Source: Pirellulales bacterium (GTDB lineage: Bacteria; Planctomycetota; Planctomycetia; Pirellulales; JALHPA01). Taken from it: DNA of 64,000 bases. A program made the position numbers and the translations under genes. Location of the stretch: positions 11,209 to 75,208 of the forward strand of contig JANRLT010000030.1 of the NCBI GenBank assembly GCA_033762255.1, read 5' to 3'. This document shows, piece after piece, positions 1 through 9,444 of this stretch; position 1 is the first letter of the stretch; every line of letters begins with the position of its first letter. A model generated the notes under the pieces. That model did no database searches. It was not told the origin of the DNA and saw only the letters and a program-made list of their open reading frames with translations.

Positions 1-2266
1 TGTTGCCATCGCCGGCGGCCGCGACCGAGAGCGGGGCGGGTGGGGCAAACCCCGGCAAACTGCGACGACTGCGGTTGGCTTGTTCGTACGCGGTATCCAA
101 TCCTCCCACCAATCCCTCGCGTCCCGTGGGAACAAAGTTGGGGATGGGAATGACCAAATCCGCCACGGGGTAACTTTTGGAATAAACCTGCCCGCGGGTC
201 TTTTCCAGACTGGTGATCAGGAGCACGTCGTTTTTGATCACGTAGCCCATCTTGATGGGAGACAAGATCAAATCGAGCGCGCTGACCAGACGGATCTCGT
301 TATTCACCTTTAGCGTTACCGGCTCGTCGCTGGTGACGCCCTCGGCGGCCATACCCTGGGGGTCCAGGTGAATATTGATGTTGGCCGTTTTCTCCAGGTA
401 TTCAATGACTGACCGCAACGGCGTTTGTTCAAACTTCATCAGGATCGGCGTATTCAGCTTTTGCTGAATTTCTCGTTCCCGGGGACTGCGGTTTTCGCCG
501 ATTTCCTGGTTAAATTTAGTCCGAATATCCGTGAGCTGACGCCATTTGGCTTCGTCGGGATATTTGATCTCGCCGCTAAAGGGAATAGCGCCGATTTCTT
601 GGCTGGCAAACTCCTCAAAAATCGCCCGTTCCTTTTCGTCCCGAATACTTTTCATTAAATCCAACCGCCGCAGCATTTTGGCTTGATTGACCAGTTGTTG
701 CGTGATCAGTTCATCCGGGGCGATCTCTTGGGCTTTCTTGGCCGTGACCTCGGCCTCGGCAAAGCGGTGCTCGTCGATCAGTTTATTAAATTCATCCACC
801 AATAGCACCAGCTTTTCATCGATCTGAATCTTGCGATCGCGCTGGGCGTCCACCGCGTCACGCACGGCTTGGTTCTTTTCGTCCAAGGCCAACTGGGCTT
901 TATTGTTCTCTAAAAACTGCTTGGCCTGCGTCAGGCTGAGGTCCAAGCGGGCTTGAATTTGATCCTTGGTCACCTGGTCCAAACCCGGAGCCGCAGCGTA
1001 CTTGGCCTTGGCTTCTTCCAGGATTTCAATCGCCCGTTTGGGATCGCGCTTTTCCTCCCACAATTTGCGGGATTCGGTTTGCACGCGGGAGATATCGGCC
1101 GAGACTTGTTTGATCAGGATTTGCTGGCTGTTTTCCGCCCCGGTCAAGGTTCCCACGCCGGGCGTGGGGGTCCCCAACGCCGGTCGCGACAGCATTTGCA
1201 AGTGGTCCTGTAACCGCGAGCGGGTGTTGGCGTCCAGCTCGTTTTGATACTGATACGCTTCGCGGAACAGCCGCAAGGCCTGATCCGCCTGGCCCGCCTG
1301 CAGGGCTTGTTCCCCTTGTTGAATTAACTGCATTCCCTGGCCAGAAGTCGGTTCGGTCGCTTGGGCGGGAATAGCCCCGCGCTGCGGACTGGACAATGTT
1401 CCCTGTTGCGGCGTTCCCGGCGGCAGCGTTTCTGGCCGGGGCGATTGCGCGCCAATCGGCGCAGTGCCGGCGTTTAACTGTCCCGGCAAGGGAGCCAGCG
1501 TTGCCGGAGCGTTGTAAGTCGCCGGTTGGACACGCGTGGGATCATTAAGGCCGCTGTAGATGGATTGGGTCACGGGTCCGCCGGGGGCCGTTTGAAATCC
1601 TCCCGCGTTTTGCACGCCAGGAGTCCCGGCGGGCACGCGCGGCGGTGTATTGGCGGCCGCTAGCGGCTGCATGTTGATCGTGTCATACGGCAACGTCCGG
1701 GGAGCGGTCAAACCGTTGTTGGACGTTCCTGACGGAGTCGATCCCGCTGGTTGGCCGGCAACCCCGCCAATGCCATCGGTGGTGTACGCGCTCCCCCCGG
1801 TCGGCGGCATTTGCCCCGTGGCGGCGGGATTTATCGGTTGTGGAGCAACACCCACCACCGGCTGGCTGGGGGTGCGATTCAAAAACGGATCGCGAGGGGA
1901 TTCTTTTCCCATGCCCAGGAATCCGGTTTTGACTGGATCACTGGCATTGACGGGAGTTTGTCGTTTGGCCAGTTCATCCCGTAATTTTTTGGGGGTATCG
2001 CCAAAGTGGAGCGCGGAATACTGGGGATTGAGCCGTTCGGCCCGATCGAGGTAGGATTCGGCCGTTTGATAATTTCCGGCATCCAGGGCCTTGCGGGCCT
2101 GTTTGAGCAATTCGTCGGCTTCGCGACGAGAGTCACCGGTTTGCGTGGGGATGGCCCGCGCTGTTTGCATCAGTGGCGTCGTCGCGGGCCCGGCGGCGGC
2201 GACCGTCAAAGAGCTTAGGCCCGCCATGGCCAGGCTCAGCGCGAACGAGAAAGTGGTCGTTTTCAA
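1..2266 (-). CDS. Secretin-family outer-membrane channel protein (GspD/PilQ-like), N-terminal part only; the C-terminus lies beyond the window edge
   Basis: Not in the ORF track because it runs off the 5' edge. My own minus-strand translation is open from TTG at 2266, with a GGGAGA purine tract just upstream, down to position 1. It reads MKTTTFSFALSLAMAGLSSLTVAAAGP (signal peptide), then TPR-like helices (ADELLKQARKALDAGNYQTAESYLDRAERLNP) and a long P/G/T/Q-rich linker. A secretin N-domain-like block follows: PLRSVIEYLEKTANINIHLDPQGMAAEGV...DVLLITSLEKTRGQVYSKSYPVADLVIPIPNF. Confidence 0.6.
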   Translation of the reverse strand, partial: MKTTTFSFALSLAMAGLSSLTVAAAGPATTPLMQTARAIPTQTGDSRREADELLKQARKALDAGNYQTAESYLDRAERLNPQYSALHFGDTPKKLRDELAKRQTPVNASDPVKTGFLGMGKESPRDPFLNRTPSQPVVGVAPQPINPAATGQMPPTGGSAYTTDGIGGVAGQPAGSTPSGTSNNGLTAPRTLPYDTINMQPLAAANTPPRVPAGTPGVQNAGGFQTAPGGPVTQSIYSGLNDPTRVQPATYNAPATLAPLPGQLNAGTAPIGAQSPRPETLPPGTPQQGTLSSPQRGAIPAQATEPTSGQGMQLIQQGEQALQAGQADQALRLFREAYQYQNELDANTRSRLQDHLQMLSRPALGTPTPGVGTLTGAENSQQILIKQVSADISRVQTESRKLWEEKRDPKRAIEILEEAKAKYAAAPGLDQVTKDQIQARLDLSLTQAKQFLENNKAQLALDEKNQAVRDAVDAQRDRKIQIDEKLVLLVDEFNKLIDEHRFAEAEVTAKKAQEIAPDELITQQLVNQAKMLRRLDLMKSIRDEKERAIFEEFASQEIGAIPFSGEIKYPDEAKWRQLTDIRTKFNQEIGENRSPREREIQQKLNTPILMKFEQTPLRSVIEYLEKTANINIHLDPQGMAAEGVTSDEPVTLKVNNEIRLVSALDLILSPIKMGYVIKNDVLLITSLEKTRGQVYSKSYPVADLVIPIPNFVPTGREGLVGGLDTAYEQANRSRRSLPGFAPPAPLSVAAAGDGN

Positions 2267-2496
2267 ACCAGGTTCTCCCTTTGAGGAAACAGGAACTCTC
2301 GAGTGTTCCAAATTGAAATAAATTTCACGGGACAGTTTCGGAATTCAGTCATCCATGACCGTCCGAAAAATCCCGATTCACGTGCACGAAACAAGATGAG
2401 GGCGAGATAATCCCCGGAGGATTAAGCCCCGTCAAGGGCAGTTTGCCGGGAGTGCCCAAAGAAATGATGAAATTCGAGAAGAAATTACGCTAGCAA

Positions 2497-2538
2497 GGGT
2501 GGGGTGGAGTTTGGTTTTTGGTATTTAGTTTTTGGTGG
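2497..2538. repeat. G/T-rich tract with ~7-nt periodicity, partly complementary to the 2590-2631 array
   Basis: GGGTGGGGTGGAGTTTGGTTTTTGGTATTTAGTTTTTGGTGG. GGTGGAG and GTGGG are complementary to CTCCACC and CCCAC in the C/A-rich array. Confidence 0.6.
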
Positions 2539-2589
2539 CTGATACTTAGAGGAACGGAGTTAGTTTTAGGAGGCCGGTAATTGGTACTT

Positions 2590-2631
2590 CCCACTACCCA
2601 CTACCCACTCTCCACCACTCACTATCCACTA
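2590..2631. repeat. Degenerate heptamer tandem array (CCCACTA)n abutting the lepA stop codon
   Basis: CCCACTA CCCACTA CCCACTC TCCACCA CTCACTA TCCACTA. The last unit contains the lepA TAG (2629-2631, minus strand). Confidence 0.8.
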
Positions 2632-4431
2632 TTCCTCATTGCCCGATTCCAGCACGGCCAGGAACGCCTTTTGCGGGATATCCACGCTGCCGATTGATTT
2701 CATCCGCTTTTTCCCTTCGCGCTGCTTGGCCCATAACTTGCGCTTGCGGGTGATATCGCCGCCGTAACATTTGGCGGTGACGTTTTTGCGCATGGCGCTA
2801 ATGGTTTCGCGGGCAATAACCCGCGTGCCAATGGCCGCCTGAATGGCGATCTCGAACATGTGGCGGTCGATCTCGCCGCGCAGTTTTTTGACAATGGCCC
2901 GCCCCCGGCGTTCGGCGTCGCGGCGGTCGCAAATAATCGAAAGCGCGTCGACTTTTTTGCCACCGACCAATATATCCAACCGCACCAAGTCCGCCTCAAA
3001 GTAGCCCAGCATCTCGTAATCCATGGTGGCATAACCGCGGGAGACGCTTTTGAGTTTGTCATGCAGGTCGTAGATCACTTCCGCCAGGGGAAGATCAAAC
3101 GTCAACATGGCACGAATGGGGCTTAGGTATTCCGTCTTCACATAGTGACCCCGGCGATCGGTGCAAAGCTGCATCACCGGGCCAATGACTTCGCTGGGGA
3201 GCAAAAAGTTGACCCGCACAATGGGCTGGCGAAATTCCTCAATCTGCCCCGCCTCCGGCACATCCTGGGGATTATGGATCGACAGGGTTTCCCCCGTTTT
3301 AGTCACAATTTCATACGTGACATTGGGGGCCGTCTGCACCAAGTCGAGGTCCGACTCGCGCTCCAGCCGCTGCTGGATGATTTCCATGTGCAGCAGACCG
3401 AGGAATCCGCATCGAAAACCAAAGCCCAGGGCATCGCTGGTTTCGGGTGAAAATTCAAAGCTGGGGTCGTTGATCGACAGCTTGGTCAGGGAATCGCGGA
3501 GGTCTTCGTAGCTTTCGCCATCCGAGGGATACAACCCGCAATAGACCATCCGTTGCGGCGGACGATAGCCGGGCAGCGGCTCCGCCCCCTTGTCGCCGGG
3601 AATCGTTACTGTATCGCCAATGCTGACTTCTTGGACGGATTTGATATTACAGATCAAATAACCCACCTGTCCGGCGTTGAGCGACTGGCACGCGCGGCGT
3701 TCGGGGACAAACTGGCCTAACTCCAGCACTTCATGGGTGGTCTCGGCCCGGAGCAGGCGGATTTTTTGCCCTTTGGTGACGGTCCCCTGCATGATCCGGA
3801 TATAGATGATCGCCCCGCGAAAATCATCATAATGGCTGTCAAACACCATTGCTTGCAACGTGGCCGCGGGGTCTCCCTGCGGCGGGGGAACACGTTCCAA
3901 AATGGCTTCGAGCAACTCTGGCACGCCTACGCCAGTCTTGCCGGAACAGGCCAGGACTTGCGCGGGATCAATGGCCAGGGATTGTTCGATCTCGGCTTTG
4001 ACCTCTTCGGGACGGGCGTTTTTGAGGTCGATTTTATTTAGGACCGGCACAATCGCCAGATTGTGCTCGAGCGCGGCGTAAGCGTTGGCCACGGTTTGGG
4101 CCTCGACCCCCTGAAACGCGTCGACCAAGAGGATCGCCCCTTCGCAGCACGCCAGGGATCGCGAGACTTCGTAGTGAAAATCGACATGCCCTGGCGTATC
4201 GACCAGATTCAGTTCGTACCGCTGGCCCTGGTGCTGGTAGGTCATGCAGACCGCGCGGGCCTTGATGGTAATGCCGCGCATCCGCTCCAGTTCCATGTCG
4301 TCCAGCAATTGCTCGCGCATTTCCCTTTTTTCGACCGTTCCCGTTTGCTCGATCAGCCGGTCGGCGAGCGTGCTTTTGCCATGGTCGATATGGGCAATGA
4401 TCGAAAAATTGCGGATAAAGCGGGGATCCAT
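2629..4431 (-). CDS. lepA: Translation elongation factor 4 (LepA)
   Basis: 600 aa. N-terminus IRNFSIIAHIDHGKSTLADRLIE (G1), DTPGHVDF (G3), NKIDL (G4). The C-terminal tail is LepA-specific: YGGDITRKRKLWAKQREGKKRMK. Confidence 0.95.
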   Translation of the reverse strand: MDPRFIRNFSIIAHIDHGKSTLADRLIEQTGTVEKREMREQLLDDMELERMRGITIKARAVCMTYQHQGQRYELNLVDTPGHVDFHYEVSRSLACCEGAILLVDAFQGVEAQTVANAYAALEHNLAIVPVLNKIDLKNARPEEVKAEIEQSLAIDPAQVLACSGKTGVGVPELLEAILERVPPPQGDPAATLQAMVFDSHYDDFRGAIIYIRIMQGTVTKGQKIRLLRAETTHEVLELGQFVPERRACQSLNAGQVGYLICNIKSVQEVSIGDTVTIPGDKGAEPLPGYRPPQRMVYCGLYPSDGESYEDLRDSLTKLSINDPSFEFSPETSDALGFGFRCGFLGLLHMEIIQQRLERESDLDLVQTAPNVTYEIVTKTGETLSIHNPQDVPEAGQIEEFRQPIVRVNFLLPSEVIGPVMQLCTDRRGHYVKTEYLSPIRAMLTFDLPLAEVIYDLHDKLKSVSRGYATMDYEMLGYFEADLVRLDILVGGKKVDALSIICDRRDAERRGRAIVKKLRGEIDRHMFEIAIQAAIGTRVIARETISAMRKNVTAKCYGGDITRKRKLWAKQREGKKRMKSIGSVDIPQKAFLAVLESGNEE

Positions 4432-4484
4432 GAAACGCCCAGCCGGGGTGTGACAAATAGTAAAAACGCATGCCCGGGAGGGCG

Positions 4485-4844
4485 TTACTTCTTGAATCGC
4501 CGCTTGGCGTGACGGATGGACAATTTGATGATTCGGGCCAGGGCGTGTGCCTCGTCCCGCAAATCTTGCAATTTTTCGGCGGATAAAATTTGCGAGTCAA
4601 TCACCAGATCGCACCACAGTTGCACCTGATCCAGATCCTGCAATGCCAGGGTCAATCGGTGAATAAATAACAACTGCCCCCGGACATAAGTCAAGGTGCT
4701 AATTTTGGCGGCCATCCGCGTTCCATTGCGCAAAATCCGTCTCCCCAGCTCGCGGGCGTCCAGCGTCCGGGGGAGTTCGCGGCTCTTTAAAATGATGTGT
4801 AAGGCAAATTCCTTGCTCCGCTCTTGGAGGCTTTTTAGTTTCAT
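4485..4844 (-). CDS. Four-helix-bundle protein (23S rRNA intervening-sequence protein / Avd-like family)
   Basis: 119 aa, all-helical. The pattern RILRNGTRMAAKI...LTLALQDLDQVQLWCDLV...LSAEKLQDLRDEAHALARII resembles the QLxRSxxSIxANIxE...ETxYWLxL consensus of this family. Confidence 0.55.
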   Translation of the reverse strand: MKLKSLQERSKEFALHIILKSRELPRTLDARELGRRILRNGTRMAAKISTLTYVRGQLLFIHRLTLALQDLDQVQLWCDLVIDSQILSAEKLQDLRDEAHALARIIKLSIRHAKRRFKK

Positions 4845-4927
4845 GATGGTTCACCAGGGAATAGGGGGCCGAATTTGCCAAGCGCGGGCGATTCTGCCAT
4901 GACAGCCGCTTGCGCCGCGCACAATCA

Positions 4928-5974
4928 TTATTGTGCGATAATTCCGGCTTTTTGGCTAGCCATGCGGGCCACGCCCGCCGCCCCAATATAGCCCGCGTCG
5001 CTCCCCAAGAGGGCATAATCAATCACGGATAAACGGGCCTGCACGGGCATGGCGCGGCGGTGGATTTCCCTGCGCACCCGGTCCAAAAACTCTCGCCCCA
5101 CGGGGTTTTCGTACCCGCCAAACGTCATCGCCCCGCCAATCAGCAAAATCTCGGGATCCACCACGTGCAGCAAGTTTGTCACGCCAATGCCCAAATAGCG
5201 GGCCGTGCTTAAAATTTGTTCCCAGGCAAATTCGTCCCCCGCCTCCGCCGCCTGGGCCAGATCCAGCGTGCTAAGATCCGCCCCGGATTGAAATTTTTCC
5301 TGCAGCAGACTGGGCCTTCCCACGCCCAGTTCCTCGAGCATCCGTTTTTTTACGGCGGTGGCGCTGCAGTAGGCTTCCAAGTGCCCGCGCTGTCCACAGC
5401 CGCACAACCGGGCGTCGTCATGCGCGTCAATGATCATGTGCCCGACCTCGGCGCCAAAGTCGTGCGCTCCGGGGATAATATGCCCGTCGATGACAATTCC
5501 TCCCCCCACGCCCGTCCCCAGGGTGATCATCACCAGGCTGGATTGGACTTTTCCCGCGCCAATCCAAAATTCGCCATAAGAAGCCGCGTTGGCGTCATTA
5601 GCCAGGACAATCGGCAACCCGGTCAGTTCCCCCAGGGTCTGGCATACGGGGACATTTTCCCACGTGGGCAGGTTATGCGCGGCAATTAGTTTACCCTGTT
5701 TCACCTGGATCATGCCGGGAATTCCCACGCCCACGGCGGCCACCTTGTCCCTGGGGCAGTCGATTCCTGTCAGCAACTGCGTGATCGCCTGCGCCAATCG
5801 CTGCATCACCGGCACAAAGCCCTCGCGCGGAGTGGTCGGTATGCTGTGATACGCCAATGTCTGACCATGGTCATCCACCAGGCCGATTTTGATCCCCGTG
5901 CCGCCAATATCCACGCCCAGATATAAGGGAGTGACAGCCTGGGCCACGGTGGTATGCGGTACCTTGTCGGACAT
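4928..5974 (-). CDS. ROK-family sugar kinase (glucokinase-like)
   Basis: LGVDIGGTGIKIGLV ATP-binding N-terminus, GIGIPG, the ROK zinc motif GHMIIDAHDDARLCGCGQRGHLEAY, and LIGGAM. The track start at 6016 is TTG; I use ATG at 5974 (MSDKVPH). Confidence 0.8.
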   Translation of the reverse strand: MSDKVPHTTVAQAVTPLYLGVDIGGTGIKIGLVDDHGQTLAYHSIPTTPREGFVPVMQRLAQAITQLLTGIDCPRDKVAAVGVGIPGMIQVKQGKLIAAHNLPTWENVPVCQTLGELTGLPIVLANDANAASYGEFWIGAGKVQSSLVMITLGTGVGGGIVIDGHIIPGAHDFGAEVGHMIIDAHDDARLCGCGQRGHLEAYCSATAVKKRMLEELGVGRPSLLQEKFQSGADLSTLDLAQAAEAGDEFAWEQILSTARYLGIGVTNLLHVVDPEILLIGGAMTFGGYENPVGREFLDRVRREIHRRAMPVQARLSVIDYALLGSDAGYIGAAGVARMASQKAGIIAQ

Positions 5975-6086
5975 GGTGGAATTTATGGGAAGCGCAAAGT
6001 TAAGATAAGGTTGCAAAAATTAGTCGTAGGGCGCTAGCCCACGGTTTGAGCAGGTAAAAAAACGGGTGCAAGCGTCCAGCGGCTGA

Positions 6087-7364
6087 TTAGCCGATTCGCT
6101 CCTTGCCTATCCAGGGAATGAGGGGGGCGGGGACGGTAATGCTGCCATCGGCGTTTTGGTAATTTTCCAGAATGGCAATGATGGCCCGGCTAATGGCCAC
6201 CGCGGTGCCGTTTAGGGTGTGGACGTAGTGGGTCCCTTTTTCCCCTTTTTTGCGATAGCGAATATTCAGCCGCCGGGCCTGATAGTCGGTGCAATTGCTG
6301 GTGCTGGTGACCTCGCCATATTCACCCGCCGCGCCGCGGCCGGGCATCCAGGCTTCGAGGTCGAATTTGCGATAAGCCGGCCCCCCCAGGTCCCCGGTGG
6401 CTGTATCGACCACGCGGTAAGGGATGCCCAGCCCTTCAAAAATTTCACATTCGAGCTGGCAGAGTTGTTGGTGGAGCTGTTCGCTTTGTTCGGGCGTGGC
6501 GTAAGCAAACATCTCGACTTTGGTGAATTGATGCACGCGGTACAGGCCCTTGGACTGGCGGCCCGCGGCTCCCGCCTCGGTCCGGTAACAGTGGCTAATG
6601 CCGCAAAGCTTGATGGGCAATTGCTCTTCCTCCAGGATTTGGCCGCTGTACATCCCTCCGAGGGTGATTTCGGCTGTGGCCACCAAATTCAGGTCGCTTT
6701 CGGCAATAGAGTAAATTTGTGTTTCTGGCCCACGAGGAATAAACCCCGTCCCGTGAAGGATTTCGGTCTTGGCTAGATCGGGTGTAATGACCGGCGTAAA
6801 GCCATGCCGCAACAGCAATTGCACCGCGTATTGTTGCAGCGCCAGTTCCAACAGCACCGCTTCGTTCTTTAAAAAGTAAAAGCCGCTCCCCGCCACCCGC
6901 GCTCCCGCCTCAAAATCCAGCAGTTGCAGGTTCTGGCCCAGTTGCACATGATCCAACGGCTGAAACGCAAACGTGCGGGGTTGCTGCGGGCCATGCCGCA
7001 ATTCCAGGTTGGCCTGGTCGTCATTGCCAATCGGGGCCTGGGGATGCGAGAGATTGGGTATTAACCGCAAAATAGCGTCCGCCTGCTCGGTCAGTTGGTC
7101 CAACTCTGCCTGGGCGGCCGTGTGTTGTTCGCGGAGTTGGCGGCCTTGTTCCTTACGGGCCTCTCGTTCGGCGGGATCCTTGGTCGCGCCGATGGATTTA
7201 CTTACTTCGTTTGCCTGGCGGTTGAGATCATCCAGCTTTTGTTGCTGTTGCTTGCGGGCTTGCTCCAATTGCACGAATTGCTCCACTGCCGCCGGGCTAT
7301 TGCGCAGGCGGCAGTTTTCGGAGACCAAAGCGGCGTTTTCAACGATAAATTTGCGATCCAGCAT
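6087..7364 (-). CDS. serS: Seryl-tRNA synthetase
   Basis: 425 aa. N-terminal coiled-coil arm (MLDRKFIVENAALV...), class II motifs (FYFLKNEAVLLELAL; GISHCYRTEAGAAG; RVHQFTKVEMF; TLNGTAVAISRAIIAILENYQ). Confidence 0.95.
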   Translation of the reverse strand: MLDRKFIVENAALVSENCRLRNSPAAVEQFVQLEQARKQQQQKLDDLNRQANEVSKSIGATKDPAEREARKEQGRQLREQHTAAQAELDQLTEQADAILRLIPNLSHPQAPIGNDDQANLELRHGPQQPRTFAFQPLDHVQLGQNLQLLDFEAGARVAGSGFYFLKNEAVLLELALQQYAVQLLLRHGFTPVITPDLAKTEILHGTGFIPRGPETQIYSIAESDLNLVATAEITLGGMYSGQILEEEQLPIKLCGISHCYRTEAGAAGRQSKGLYRVHQFTKVEMFAYATPEQSEQLHQQLCQLECEIFEGLGIPYRVVDTATGDLGGPAYRKFDLEAWMPGRGAAGEYGEVTSTSNCTDYQARRLNIRYRKKGEKGTHYVHTLNGTAVAISRAIIAILENYQNADGSITVPAPLIPWIGKERIG

Positions 7365-7446
7365 GGCGTAAAGGGGGCAAAATGTGAACTAAACAATCAA
7401 TAAAAAATTTGATGGTACCGAAAGAAGAACCATAAAAAATAGGGGG

Positions 7447-8850
7447 CTAAACGTTACCCTTGCCGGCGGGACGGGGTAATTTTGCAAATTCCTCCCACAG
7501 TGCCGCGCTGGCTCGAATGCCGCGATGATAATCGGCCAGGCTAAATTTTTCATTCGGGCTGTGCATGTTGTCGTCATTTTGTCCCCAGCCTAACAGCAAC
7601 GTATCCACCCCTAAAATCTCTTTGAAATCACCCACGATGGGGATGGAGCCCCCTTCGCGAATGAAGACCGGCGCCCGGCCAAATCCCTGCTCAATGGCCC
7701 GCTGGGCACAGGCCACATAAGGGCTATCCAAAGAGACCAAAACGCCCGGCGCGCCATGAAAATCCGTCAGTTCCCAGGTAATTCCCGCCGGAATCTGCTC
7801 GGCAATCCATTCCCGTAAACTGGCGGAAAGCGCGTGCGGATCCTGTCGCGGTACCAAGCGAAAGCTAAATTTAGCACTCGCCCGCGCGGGAAGGACTGTT
7901 TTTGCCCCTTCCCCTTGATATCCGCTGGTCAAGCCATTGATATCGCATGTGGGCCTGGCCCAACGCCGTTCCAGGGTGGTATATCCAGCTTCGCCAAACG
8001 CCCCAGACACCCCCACTTGTTCAAAAAAAGCTTGGTCCGTAAAAGGCAATTGGGCGTATTCCTGGCGTTCCCGGTCGGTCAGGGGGACCACGGCGTCATA
8101 AAAGCCCGGAATCGCCACCCGACCGTGGCTATCGTGCAAATTCCCTAGGATTTTGACAAGCACATTGGCCGGATTGGTAACTCCTCCCCCAAATGTCCCC
8201 GAATGCAAATCCTGCCGAGGCCCCGTGAGAGTCAATTCATAATAGGCGATTCCCCGCAGCCCATAAGTAATCGCGGGAAGGTCCGGGGCAAATTGGCTGG
8301 TATCGCTAATGACGGCGACATCGCAGGCCAATTCCGAGGCGTGCCGCTGTAAAAATGGGACTAGATTGGGGCTGCCAATTTCCTCTTCCCCTTCGATTAA
8401 AAAGATTAAGTTTACCGGCGGCGCGCCCGCCGTGCGGGTCCAGGAGGCGGCGCTTTGGACATGGGTCAAAAACTGTCCCTTGTCATCGGTCGCGCCCCGC
8501 GCAAAAAGGTTCCCCTGACGCACCGTCGGCTCAAATGGGGGGGAAATCCATTGCCCTAAGGGATCGGGAGGTTGGACATCATAATGGCCATAAACCAGTA
8601 CGGTAATCGCCCCGTCGACCGCGGGAGTGCGGGCCAGTACAATAGGGTGGCCAGGGGTGGCGTGAATGGCCGATTGATACCCTAAATCCCTAAAATAACC
8701 GTGCAGCCAGTCGGCGGCCCGTTGGATATCCGGCGCGTGGGCGGAAATTGCGCTCACACTGGGGATACGCAACAGTTCGCACAGATCGGCTTCGGCCCGG
8801 GGGGCATGTTGGCTAAGATCGGTTTGGATCGCGAGCATTATGTTTTGCAT
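7447..8850 (-). CDS. M20-family metallo-dipeptidase
   Basis: LVYGHYDVQPPDPLGQWISPPFEP...LFARGATDDKGQ and EGEEEIGS metal-ligand blocks. The track start at 8925 is GTG; ATG at 8850 or 8838 is more plausible, so the start is uncertain. Confidence 0.8.
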   Translation of the reverse strand: MQNIMLAIQTDLSQHAPRAEADLCELLRIPSVSAISAHAPDIQRAADWLHGYFRDLGYQSAIHATPGHPIVLARTPAVDGAITVLVYGHYDVQPPDPLGQWISPPFEPTVRQGNLFARGATDDKGQFLTHVQSAASWTRTAGAPPVNLIFLIEGEEEIGSPNLVPFLQRHASELACDVAVISDTSQFAPDLPAITYGLRGIAYYELTLTGPRQDLHSGTFGGGVTNPANVLVKILGNLHDSHGRVAIPGFYDAVVPLTDRERQEYAQLPFTDQAFFEQVGVSGAFGEAGYTTLERRWARPTCDINGLTSGYQGEGAKTVLPARASAKFSFRLVPRQDPHALSASLREWIAEQIPAGITWELTDFHGAPGVLVSLDSPYVACAQRAIEQGFGRAPVFIREGGSIPIVGDFKEILGVDTLLLGWGQNDDNMHSPNEKFSLADYHRGIRASAALWEEFAKLPRPAGKGNV

Positions 8851-9013
8851 GTTTGTCAAGTAAAGCCCTCGGAGCCAGAAGTCGGGATTTTTTGAAGGGC
8901 AAAGCAAATCTGGCCGGTTTGCCACGTTTGCCGCTTTTCGGGCATCCCGCAGTTGACCTATAATACTATAAAATTGTTAAATTGGTTAGTTAAACTTTGA
9001 TCGGTGATTTACC

Positions 9014-9415
9014 ATGGAACCCCGGCAAATCCACGATGACGAGGGCTTTTCCCAGGCGGGCACGGCAGTCGCCGACGCCCCCCCCGCAGAGACCATCGTC
9101 CGTCCGACTAAACTGCCACGAAAAGAGCGGGATCGGCCGCAGCGCCAACCGCGCTATCATGTTATTTTGTGGAATGACGAAGAGCATACTTTTGAGTACG
9201 TCATTAAAATGCTGCAGGAATTATTTGGCCACCCCCCGGAAAAAGGTTATCAATTGGCGGAAGAGGTCGACACCAAAGGGAAAGTGATCGTCCTGACCAC
9301 AACCAAGGAACATGCCGAACTAAAACGCGATCAAATTCACGCTTATGGCAAGGACGACGCCATCCAAGCCTGCCAGGGGTCCATGTCGGCCAGTATCGAA
9401 CCAGAAACGGGTTAA
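9014..9415 (+). CDS. clpS: ATP-dependent Clp protease adaptor ClpS
   Basis: The core YHVILWNDEEHTFEYVIKMLQELFGHPPEKGYQLAEEVDTKGKVIVLTTTKEHAE matches the ClpS fold consensus. The N-terminal extension is disordered. Confidence 0.85.
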   Translation: MEPRQIHDDEGFSQAGTAVADAPPAETIVRPTKLPRKERDRPQRQPRYHVILWNDEEHTFEYVIKMLQELFGHPPEKGYQLAEEVDTKGKVIVLTTTKEHAELKRDQIHAYGKDDAIQACQGSMSASIEPETG

Positions 9416-9444
9416 TTTTCCCAGAGAAGGCGTTTATAGTCCCG

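Noticed and set aside
4485-4844. The Avd-like four-helix-bundle protein could mark a diversity-generating retroelement.
   Set aside because: No reverse transcriptase ORF and no template/variable repeat pair are visible within several kb. This family is also commonly found as stand-alone genes.
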